Below, piece after piece: positions 36,804-49,600 of a stretch of 64,000 bases of DNA. The translations under genes and the position numbers were made by a program. Positions within the stretch are counted from its first letter, which is position 1. Each line of letters begins with the position of its first letter. The stretch is taken from NCBI GenBank assembly GCA_012295275.1, contig CM022670.1, positions 31,372,001 to 31,436,000 of the forward strand, in the 5' to 3' direction. The notes below the pieces were generated by a model that was not told where the DNA came from, made no database searches, and worked only from the letters and a program-made list of their open reading frames with translations. Source of the stretch: Chrysomallon squamiferum (taxonomy: Eukaryota > Animalia > Mollusca).

Positions 36804-38201
36804 TTTTTTTTATTATTATTTTTAAATATTTTTTATTATTTTTATTTTTATTTTTTTATTTATCTAATGGTTATGGGATGGTGTGTTTCCTATCAGATCA
36901 ATAAATACACGTGCGTTTTTTCACGTTATCCAAAAACGATAAATAAAAAAAATTGCTGTGCATTATATAAATATACATGTGTATGCCTATTGCCAACAGA
37001 TAAAAATGAATCTGCATGACCACTACTCAGTGATTTTAAAAACAATTCTGATAATTTTAAACGTGAGTCAAAAGGTCAGGCACAATACGATTCTTATTCC
37101 TTTTTAAAATTTGTTAACGATGCAACGATTTACTAACAACTACATTGATATACTCCAACAGAGCAAACTCAAACCTTTAAAATTATCTTTAAATAAACAA
37201 ATATAATTTGATTTTGTAGTTTAAAATAAATAAATTTAACCATTCAGACTTATAAATTTATAAATTAAGTGGAATAATCTTTGACGTATCGAACAAAAAA
37301 TCAACTAAATGATACGCGGGTCGTCAGAAGTTTCATACCGAAATAAAAATATAAATATTCATAATAAAAATAACAAATCCAGAATAGAAGTGTCAAAAAT
37401 TGCAATGTGCATAAGCAGAGGCAAATTAATAGAAATTTATTATGTTTTTAATCCTCAAATGTTTGCTTTAAATGTTAAACAAAAATACGAATGTGTTTTA
37501 TTTTTTTTTTTATTTTTTTTTTTGTAGGGGGGTATTTTGGGGGTTTTTTGCTCTTGTTGTTGTTGTTGTTTTACTTCTGTAATCTCAACACTACTATAGC
37601 AACTTCACATTCATTTCGTAGAGGATACTCAATAACCAGGCTGCTGTTTTGTGATTATCATTTAGCAACTAACATTTTATTATTATTTTTTTTTTTTTAA
37701 CAAGACACAAAAGAAAATATATAACTAGTATACTATGAACTGATAAGCTTACTGAATATTTCACAATAGCTGTGGTGTTTGTTCACAATGCTTATCTACA
37801 GGGCTTCGTTGTTTTGTTTTCTTAGGTCGAATGTTTGTAATAAAAGTCTGTCATTAATCCTGGACGTGGTGGCTCGTTCTAACACATGTACAAGCAAAGC
37901 AACCATCATAATTTTAATTATATTTTGACATAAGTAGCAATAATTATAAATTATGTTTCTAAATATTGTTTTATTAAAGGTACTTAATGTTGATGTTGGT
38001 GGTGTTATTATTTTTTTTTTTTTTGATGTTTTTTAAGTTAAAAGTTTTAAACGTATTTTATTTATTTATTTTAGATTTATTGCAGTTTTATTTCATTTTA
38101 TTTTATTAATATTTTTAAATTCTTTATTTTATTTATTTTGTTACAGATAACTTAAAATAAATAAATAAATATCTATCTCTGACTTGTAATATTTTTAAAC
38201 C

Positions 38202-38540
38202 ATTCTCTTTGCATATAATTATGCGTTGTGTGTATTGTTAATATTGTGTATTTTCTACAAGTTATGATGATAAGAATAAAAAATAAATCGTAAACAATTG
38301 CGTATTATAAAAACTTATATTCTATTTGCATATAATATACGTCTGTATAAATGGTGAATTGTCTACAGACTGATTTTTAAGAGTAAACAATAAAACTAAT
38401 AATAACGTCTTATAAGAACTGTTATTCTATTTGCCTGTTTTACGTGAGAACGTGCATGTGTATATTGTGTATTGTCTGGAGGCTATTATTCGTAACACTA
38501 ACAAATATATGTAACACAATTCACGTTATAAGAACTGATA
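38202..38540. repeat. Degenerate ~110-bp tandem repeat, 3 copies
   Basis: attct(a/c)tttgc...ttgtcta...ttataa(a/g)aact recurs at ~38202, ~38319 and ~38424. Confidence 0.55.
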
Positions 38541-39358
38541 GCTGCTCTGTATCAGGTGTACAATCGAGATACACTCCAGCAGCGATTTTCTGTTAACCCC
38601 GAGTTTGTATATGTGATGGTCCTAGACACTTACTGATTGTAGTGACCATACATCTTGTGTGTTTTACAAATAACATCTTAGGTGGTCTGACAGAGTAAGT
38701 CTTACGACGCCAACAGCAATGCGGTAGGTCGTTAATGAAATATAAAATAAAAATAGGTACAAGAGTTTACATTTCAGACATAAATAGTTTATACAACAAC
38801 TGCAGTGTTTAAGAAAAGAAATGAACAGAAAGAAAGAAATAATAAATCTTTCAAAGGATAAAGGAAATAATTAAATAAAAAAAAAAAATAATGAATGGGA
38901 ATGGCTGATAAAATTCTGTTATTGATATTTTATTTTTGTTGTTTAATATTTTTTTTTTTTACAGAAAGAAGACGCTAATATATATTGTTTTTAATTACTC
39001 TTCTTGAAAGCAAATTACGTAAAAAAACAACATAATAATAACAACAACAACAACAAAAAGTAAACATTTTCAAACACACCGAAAGAGAGAAAAGAGATAA
39101 CAAGAAGTTCAGTAAAACAAACAAACAAAAAACATATATGTGTTTATATGTTTCAATTAATTGCATTCTACAAATACATGCACACTTTTTATGACATGAT
39201 CCAAATGATTACAACTTTAATCGAACTGATATCATGAGCGAATAAATCCTTTCCATTCGTAATAAAGTACATTCACAGACGTCGTTGCCGATGAGATCCG
39301 ACTTTTGTGTGAAAATTATTCGTCTTAATGAGAAAACAGGCCTGACAGCTGATGAAGT

Positions 39359-39367
39359 GACCACCCA
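39359..39367 (+). promoter_or_regulatory. Perfect Gli/Ci binding consensus
   Basis: GACCACCCA, exact match, downstream of patched. Confidence 0.5.
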
Positions 39368-42300
39368 CGAACAATCAGTAGTCGTCTAGTAATACATGCA
39401 CAGACAAATATTTACTGTTATCTTTACCTTCCTTTGATTGCCAATGTTATAAAATATCGCCATCAAAGAACTTTAACTGGTGGTGTTCTATAGAATAACA
39501 AACCTACAAATATCAGTTGCAGACCACCATCGCGAATCAGAGAAATGCAATAAAAAAATAAATAAAAAAATGTATTTACATTTAAAGCTTTGTTAAAAAG
39601 AATAAATAAATAAATAAAAAGAAATTTAAAAAAGAAAAAGAAAGATGATTCACAAAGATAAAAAGAAAACACATTCTTTATAATTCGTCTTGACAATAAA
39701 TCAACAAAATCAAATAATAATTTTATTGTGGATTGATTTAATATGTGATTTCCTGTGCATGCATATACGTATGCATTTATATATACATATAAACGTACAT
39801 ACATACACTCATAAATATATATAAACACACATACACACACATTCATATATGCATGCATACGTACATAAATACATACACCTTCATATATACAGAAATACAG
39901 AAGTTAACAGAGATAGAAAAGGTGGGTAGATTGATAGACAGACAGATAGACAAACAATCAGACACAAAAGCAAACCGACAACTGAACAGACAAGAAAGGA
40001 AAAAAAAAAAAGAGTGTTAGAGAGAGGGCGAAAGTGAAAAAAGTGAGGAGAGAAAACAAAGTGAGAACAGAGAGAGAAGATGGTGATGTGTGATGTGCTT
40101 TACAATAAATATTAATGATCACATGCACGATTAAAAGCTGCAGTAAGTAAACACTTTAAATTTTAAAAACACCTGCCATTTTCATTCCTCTGTTTTATTT
40201 GGTTGTTTATTTGGAATCCCCATTATCCACTTTTATAGCCCAATGTTTTAGTGAGCTATATTTATTTATAAGACGTAAACGGGTAGCCAAATACAGTCAG
40301 TGTCACAGGAAGATGTGAATATATTTAACATTTAAATGAAGAATGTTTATTGCTTAGTAGCAAGTGTACGAATATTGTGTTCCAGAGACGTTGCCACCTT
40401 CCTTTCAACAACTGAAGATTATTTTCCCTATAATCAACTACAATGAAGCAATCCCTTTTTTCTTTAGTCTTGGATCTGACCCTGTAAAAAGAAAGGGTAC
40501 CCACAGTTATGCACAGTGTGAGTGGCAGTTTTCTCAAGCGAACTGTGAGTTACGCAAATTTTTATCTGTCAGCAGTCTGTGTGATATTCAGTCAGTAAGG
40601 AAATTATTAATACAGAGCTGTTTTATCAAAATCTATTAGAAACTGTAGAAAAGAAACAGCGCCTCAAATTTCGATCAGTAAATTAATTTTTGAACCAATT
40701 TAACATATGTTCAGTGTTTTGCTACAGAACTACCAGAACAGCCGATGTCTTCTGTTCAGTGGAAAGGTCCTTATCTAGAATCTCTTGCTGCTAACTGATA
40801 GGAAGAGTCCACTGAAACAAAAGGGAAAAGTGATATGTTCAAATTGTGTCCTCTGATTTTGATGATTCATGTTATGTCAGTAATCAGTATTGTTCATATG
40901 AAATCTGTTTATAAATACTAGTTATCATTTTAATGGAAATTAACTACATTGTACATGTTTTCATATTCTTAAGTTAATTTCCTGACCTGGTCACTCAGAA
41001 TTTTTTTGTTTTGAAATATAGACATAGTTAAAACACACAAACACCACACATACATATGTACACAACACAAACATACCAACATGCACACATGTGCAAACAC
41101 AAATATACACAGGACATTATATTTGTAAATCAAAACAAAACAAGAAATAATAATTTTTACAACCTTTTTTATTTTTTTATACTTTGTTCACAATAAGTTG
41201 TTCACTGCCCACTTCTGTGAGTCCAAACACAATGAATACATAATGATACACTGCCTACACTGTACAATATGCGTGCATGTACCACTTCAATATTAGCATA
41301 TCACAGCCCTACCCACCCTACCCCAATAAAAAAAAAAAAAAAAATGTCCTAAAGCCCTGCCGACATTTCCCTTCCCCAGTTACCCCATGATGAAACTGCT
41401 AATGCTCTGGTGCCCTAGAGATGAGGTATGTCAGAGTTTTGCTATAAATTAATAAGCCTAAACTTGGGGTATAGATGGTCCCTGGACAGTGTTAAAAAGA
41501 AAACAACAATTTATAGATCGTTCAAAGCAAAGTATCTTGATAATAATAACAAGAAGGAAATAAATGTTATATATATATAATATCAAGAAAACACTTATTT
41601 TAAAAATTAAAAAATTAAATTCTGCTTTGAAAGTAATACTACAACAAAACACATAAAATCTTTGGTATAATCAATGAATAAAAATTAATTTTAAAACTTT
41701 CCTATTTGAGTGTAATAGAAGTTTATCTTTGTTGTTAAATATTATTTATAAATGTTATGTAAATCAAATCAGTTTTAATACTAGAATCAAAGTAAGGTTT
41801 GCCATTTTAGAATCAGAATTTAATGCTAGAATCAAATGTGATGTGATCCTTATTCTAAAATACTTTATTCTAGAGATAACAAAAAATGTTTAGATTCAAG
41901 GGCTAAACTTAATTCTTTATAAAATAAATTGTGTAACACATTTAAAACCATTAAAATCAGTAGTGAAGAAATATGCTAAATACTAATTAATTATTATTTG
42001 TTAATTTATTATTATAATTTAATATTATTTCTTTCTTAATCTTCATTTTCATTGTTCATATTTATTATTTTTACTTGTTAATTAATATTATTTCTTTCTT
42101 TCTTCATTATTATTTCTTTAACTGATCTTAAACCTGAATACACCAGTCCAGGAACACATTCAAATCTTTGGTTTTAAGCACTTGGGGAGGGGCAATAAAA
42201 TGATCTACTTTTACAAAGAAAATTTAAACCTTAATGTACCTGTACACAAGCTCAAACCACATATACAAACATTAACTTCCATCCATTTCATTCACACACA

Positions 42301-45300
42301 AACAGTTATCACCATCCATTTTCTTTTTCTTTTTTACATTAATATAATAAGGATGGGATAAAATATACACATTAATAACAAAGTATTTGCCGATTTCACA
42401 CTGTGCCTTATGTTTATGATATAAAATATTTATTATTATTTTTATATCACAGAATTGTTTTAAAAAAATAAGATTAAAATAATTCTATTACACATAGCTA
42501 CATATTTGATTAACAGCAGACATGATTTGGGTGTGAAACACAACAAATTTTTTAAAAATAAAACCCCAAAAGAAATGAAATGCCAAGCATATGGTCAATG
42601 TAACTATGGTAACATGACCAATAATTACAAGCCCTGGTCTAAACTGTTTCACCCTGAGAAATGAAGATAATAATCCTTTGTACAGAGGAAATACTACTGA
42701 TTACATAAATGTTTAAAAACTAAGACTTTTTTACTTTCTGTTATAAATAAAATCCTAATACAATGATCAATATTATTTTCAAAATGTAATTTATTAACTT
42801 AAAGATTTTTTAATGTCTATACAAAAACAAATAAAATATTAAAAATAGACTGTGCACTATTTTGTACCATAAAATGATATTAAATAACAAATCAAATTTT
42901 GTTTTTGTTTTTGTTTTTTTTCAGTTCGACAACCAGATCCCTGCCTTCTTTTGCCATGAAGTTAATTTACATATTTACTAAAATTATTATGAAACATAAA
43001 AATTAATCAAGAAAAAGCTTTCATGTATAGTAATACTTTTTACAAGACCCATTATGAAATTTCTTTGTGCTGAAACCAACAATTTTAAATTGCAGTGAAA
43101 ATGAAATATTTTTGCCTTAAAAATTTTCATAAGTTCAGTTTCTAGATATAGTACTAGATCACCACTAAAGATCAGCTAACAATTAAAAGATTTAAAAATT
43201 TAATCGCTGCCATTTTGTTTTGGCTTTCTTGACTAAACATTCAATATTAATAGAGGTAGATATTTCGATAATTTCATAATTTAACACAAAAAAATATGTT
43301 GTTAATTTTTTATTGTCAGTATTTCTTATCAGTATTTTTAAACAGTAATCACTTTTTCATTTTTTATATATATAAATATATATATTTCTTATTTATTTTT
43401 ATTTTGATATTTTTATTTATTTCTGTTTTTTGTTTATATATTTTGAGTATGCTTCAAACAAACTATGAATGCAGGTATACTGAAATATATGTTATTTTAA
43501 AAATCTAAAATTAATAATAATGTTTTGTTTGGAGGTTTTAAAAATAATATTGCTACTAAACAAATTAAATATTCTAACTCAAAATACACATGTTTTTCAT
43601 TTAAGTTAATAAATATTTTTCAACTTTGAATTATCGGGGGGAAAAAAAGACTTAAAATAAGGATAAAATATAATAAATAATAAAATATTGATGTACTATG
43701 ATAAAGATCTGCTGAAATCATCATTATTGTTAAATTATTTTAAATTAATAACAAATAACATTAATAATGAAATAACATTAAAAGTGTAGTTAAATACTGA
43801 ACTGGGGGAAAAAAATGTTCAACATAAATATAGATTCTCAAATCTTTCCAATTCTGAAATGTAAATTAAGATAAAAATCTAACTAATCCATGTAAATGTA
43901 ATGATTTATTTTACAAAGAGTTTAAATTTAAATTTTAAATAAATTTACTAACTATTCAATTTTTGTCTTCTGTATATTTATCTCATAGCTGTTTTATTTG
44001 TGTGCTGAATACATTTTTTAATATTAATTTTTAATTTAAAATATTATATATATTTTTTTTTATGTACATATATTTTATATACATATATTTCAGATTTGGA
44101 AAGAGATTATTAATTAAATTGAATAAATATTATGATATAATTTTGTATTTATTAACAGGACAGTTTGTTCATCCATTAAATATAGGAAATTTAACACCCT
44201 GAATTTGTAAAATTATGTAATTACCTGTAAAGATTATATAGATAAAAATAGATCTATACAGAACTAAATATCATAGTTTACAAAAAAAAAAAAAAACACA
44301 AAAAACCAACATAAATACATCATGCATAGTGACCAATCAGAAACAAAATTGCAAAGTTGCATGTCAATGAAAACTGAACAAATTGGTCAAACTAACATAT
44401 ACATTATGCTTAGTGGCCAATATGAAACAAGAATGCAAAGTCGCTTGACAAAGAAAACTAAACAATAATGTATCTGATTAGTCAAGCTAACACATACATT
44501 GTTGGGTTTATAAATAAATAAGGTAGATTTTGGTGATGACCGAGCTATATGACTAAATCTTCTATATAACCCTGGATTGTGTGAACCTTTTTTGCATTCT
44601 GTCACATCTCTGTGTGACCTGAGTTACCCGTAAAAGAGAAAACTGTGTTCATGTCCTAAAGATCACACACACATGCACACAGTCTGACAGACACATACAT
44701 ACTCATTGTTTTATATATGTAATATATATATATATATATAATAGAATTACATCTCTCTGAAAACAATATCAACTGCTTTTAGAGTTATTTTTCCTTGTTA
44801 CAGAATAATAAAAACACTTCTTTAGATGTTGTCATGATCATTTAGTTCATCCATTTGTTCATTTTGTCATATAAATTAAATGTTTCATTTTTATTTTTAT
44901 ATTTATAAAAGTATATATATTTTGGTGAAACAAAATTTTCCTTGATTTCATCTGTGTTCAGTCTACTGGATTCCTGAATTGGATTTCTTTCACAATATCA
45001 CATTTAAAAAGCAAGCCATGCTTACACACTCAAAAAGTTTAAAACCAAAAAAAATCACAGGTTAGATATACAATATCATCAAGATCTAAATAACTGTGTG
45101 CATTATGAAATACTTCAACACTCAGGAAGTTGTCTTTGTTGTCATGGTGTTATACAGCTATGACAACAAAACCTGTTTCTATGACAACCATTCCAGAACA
45201 ACACCTTCTGATTTATCACTTGTGATTATCTGTGACTGTTTTCATGTTGATGTTGTTCTGCATTGCTACACTGCGAACACAAGCATTTGTAGATGAATTA

Positions 45301-45873
45301 TAGAACTGTCTCCTATTTATTGATCACATGATCAGAACTGGCCAATCAAAATCTTCCAATAGCTGCCTTCTGAGATTTGCCAGAAGCTGAAATCATGAGG
45401 TGATGTGTTGGGAACAATAAGTGACTATGACACAAGAAGTAAGTCTTTGGCTTGGATCCGATTGCTGCCAGCAAGGGGAGGTAAGCCTGTCTTAGTCCTG
45501 TATAAGTCTACTTGCTAATACAGACACAGACAGCACCATTGGCACATGGGGTTGATTTGAAATCTGAAAATAATAATAATAATGAATTAATGATGATAAT
45601 TAATAATAAGAAGATAATAATGATGAAATAATAATATTAATGAATAAAATAATACAAATGCACTTCAATAAAAACTAAATTTTTAAAAGAGAATAAAACA
45701 TATAAAAGAAATATTATCAGTTATTGTGTTTTGAAAATAATTCAAAATCATGTTCTACTACTAACAAATCATATTACCAAAATAAAGTTCGAGTTTTTAG
45801 ACTCAGTCTTTTGTGAACATTTGTCCAGACATGTTTTACACTTTTAAAAAGAAATATGTTTACTTACCAAATA

Positions 45874-45971
45874 TTATGACTTGCTGCTTCCATTGGAATC
45901 TGAATCTGAATTGTCAAGTTCTTTCAGCTTTCTTCTTTTACTTTTAAAACTGTGTTCCTCATCCACTGAAC
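45874..45971 (-). CDS. ptc: patched last coding exon
   Basis: [31 protein letters not shown]; TAA at 45874-45876. Confidence 0.8.
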
Positions 45972-46581
45972 CTGTTTCCATAAATAAATAAATCAATTTA
46001 CTGGAGATCTATAACTTCTTTTGTTTTAAAAAATAAAAAGATAATAAAAAAATAATAATAGTAATAATAATAATAATAATGATAATAATAACAATAATCT
46101 AAATAAATGTTTGTATATTATAAAATACAGTGATATACATTTTCTTTGCTTTTAAAATAACAAGGTTAATTCATCAGTTATGAGACATATTGAGCTTATT
46201 ACTCTCAAATACTGTATCTTTTGAATATGTTATTATGTTTGTGAATGTAAATATGTGTACATGTTTGTATGTATGTATGTATGAATGTATGTATTTATGT
46301 ATGTAAAAGTGTATGTGTGATGCATGTATGTATGTATGTATGTACATATGTTTGTATGTACATATGTTGGTATGTATGTATGTATATATGTTGTTATATT
46401 TGTATGTATATATATATATGGTAATCTGTACTGTTATGTAACTTACATGAACCAGGTAAAGGTGTGTGGACTTCTACTTTGACTGTTGCTGTTGCAGTTA
46501 CTCTGGTGATATGATGTGATGGTGGTGTGGCTCCAACTGGTGCAGTAGGTGTTGTCTGAAAACAGAAAAAACTAATAATAA

Positions 46582-46622
<41 letters not shown>

Positions 46623-49600
46623 ATTACTCGGTCTTTTATGACTTTTCTCTCTTTTCAATAAATAAAAATGTAAATAAAAATTAACAAATCTCAGGAAAAT
46701 GAAAAACAGCTTTATATTCAATAAATAATATTCATTTTGTTCCAGCTAAACTTTACCAGTTATATTTTCCACTTGAAAATACAAAAATTATTCTACAAAA
46801 TAGTTGTAATTTATTAAATCATACACACACAAACACACACATTCATACAGATGCACAAATAGACACACAAATACAGACACAAACACATATAAATACTGGT
46901 ATAAACATGATATATACATCTGAAACAAATTAACTGAATAATATAAAAAATAATACTTTATATTTATTAAAAGTAATATAAAAAGTAAATCTTTTTTTAT
47001 AAACTACTGATTATTTTTTACATTCTTATACATAATCAACCAGACAACAAAAATCATAAAAAACTACTGTTTTAGAATTAAAATAAACTTACATATTTAG
47101 CACTAGAACTGCTGTTACTGCCTGAACCAGGTTGTTGTGGAACTGTGGTGGTTTCAACAACAATTTCTGGCTGAACAATAATTTCATGTGAAGAGTATTG
47201 TGTTGGTTCTTCAGTGATTGTTGTTAAGGAAATATCACTGGGAACTCTGGGATAGATACGTCGCCCACCAATACGAGAAGACCTTTCACGTGGCTTTGGT
47301 GAAGGTTCAGGACTAGGTGTGGCCAGTCTATCAGGGTCATCTTTTGGCTGTACCTAAGAACCACATAAAAATAGATTTAGTAAATCAGTAATATTATTTT
47401 TATTTTTGGTTGGTGTGTTTGTGTATTAAGCAATTTCAAACATTTTATTGTAAATATATCTGTAGATTTATGCTATGTTGAAAAGAAATAAAAAATATAA
47501 TTATGGCAGTAAAACAAGAGTTATTCCCCTTTAATCTTAGTCTTAGAATTACAACAAATCGGGGGATATGTGAGAATTCAAAACTGATCTTATAAACATC
47601 TTTGCACACATTTACACATGCATGCACACACAAATATGCACACACCCAAACACACACAGACAGGCAGGTAAATACTCATTCAGATATAAATAAAAAAAAT
47701 TCTCTTTATTTAAGATTTTCAAAATTTTCCAAGTTAAGGAACAGATTTTTATAAAATGATTACCTCTCCATTTGGTCCAAAAATCGCCAGCAGAACAGGT
47801 AACAATAGCAACCCATTAAATAATCCTATCACAACCAAACCAGCCAAGACATTAAAAAAATATCTGAAAAATAAAATAAATAAAAATAAATAAATAAATA
47901 AATAATAAACACAGGCAGAGAAATTAACATTTTATCTGTTCTATTTAAGTGTAGTTGAAATACAGACTGCTTGATTCACTGAAATAATAATAATAACAAT
48001 TATGATAAAAATAGAGTAACAGTAACAATAACAACAATAATAACAATAATGAAAATATACATTCACAGAAACAAAAACAAAAATATTTTTTTTTTCAGCT
48101 TGGATTGTTTTTATAATGGAGGTTAAAATTTTCCTTTCAGTAAAACTTTTCTTATTTAGTTTTAATTTTTATATTTTGTTTTATTTTAATTTGTTTCTTT
48201 ATGATTATGATTATTTTGTTTGTTTGTTTGTTTTGTTTTATTTTATTTTGTTGTGTAATATCTAATTCAACCACAACATCTGAAAACCCACAATTCGGTT
48301 TTTTTGTGTTTTTTTCCCCTTTCCCTTTCCTCACATCTGGTAAAACAGCAACATGACTGTTTTTCCTATCTCCATTTTAGAAGAGTCTCCATAAAAAGAA
48401 TTGTTAATATCCAACACTTGGGAGTTTCCCACTGAACCCCAAGGCCCTGAGCTTCAGCCAATGGCCTGAATGACTGGTTCAATTAATTGAATGAGCCACC
48501 CATAGAGAAACTGGGTGTGGAACTTAACACCTCCCTATCTTCCTGTTACAACTCTGCTGGTGTCATTGTTAGCTTTTTTAATTTTTAATTTTTTTTTCAC
48601 TGTGTCAATTACTGGCAGGCTAGGTATAGGATATATAATGGGTTTTTTCTTACTTCTTCTTGTTTCCCCTCTTTCTGTTTTGACAATAATACGAGGAGAC
48701 AGGTAACATAAACTGTTGTGGTTATGTACACAGTGTGTACCACCATTCAGACATGACCAGAAGAAAAAAAGTACATATATACATACAAACATATTGATTT
48801 TATATTTATATTTATATTCATATAGTGGAGATGGCAAGTGTTAATTTTACATGAGGAAATATTACTGGAGATATTAAATAACTGAATTAAAGTAAAACAC
48901 TGGTAATAAAAAACAGTTAAATTGTCAACCCAGTGTTTGTATGTTTCTTGTGTAAAAAACAAAAACTATTTTTTCTATATGAAAACCAGTCTGACAAGAA
49001 CAGAGGAAGATGACATGACAGTCATAACAACAATATATCTAAAGAAATAAAACAAATTAAACAAATTATAAAGCATATTACAGTATATTTGTTATAGAAC
49101 TTATGAAATGTATTTTAGGATATATATCGTCTACAAAACAATATAACTTAAAAAAAGAAAAATGGTTGCTAGAGACTGGTTTGATTCATGGAAGGTTTTG
49201 TTCTTACAAGACAAATTTCTTGTTAATATTTTCCCTACACTAAACTGAAACAGAATTGTTTATGTAAAACTTGCCCTGAAAATGGGACATCCTAAAGATA
49301 TCATCACTGTGAATGTGAAAAATTACAAGTAAAGCTTCGTAATATTTTATTTATTTATTTCTTCATCATCATCATCATTATTATTATAAGTAATATTCAT
49401 ACTCAGCCAGACCTTTTTATAATTGTTTACCTATACATCAGATGTTGAGATGTTGCTGGAATGGGCAAATGTACAACAATGACAATAAGTATGATTAATC
49501 CAGTGACCCATTAGTTCTCAGTTTATCACTTTTACTGTGCACAAACAATTAAACATGGTTTATCTGGTTTAATTTTCACCTCATTTAAATGTTTACATTT

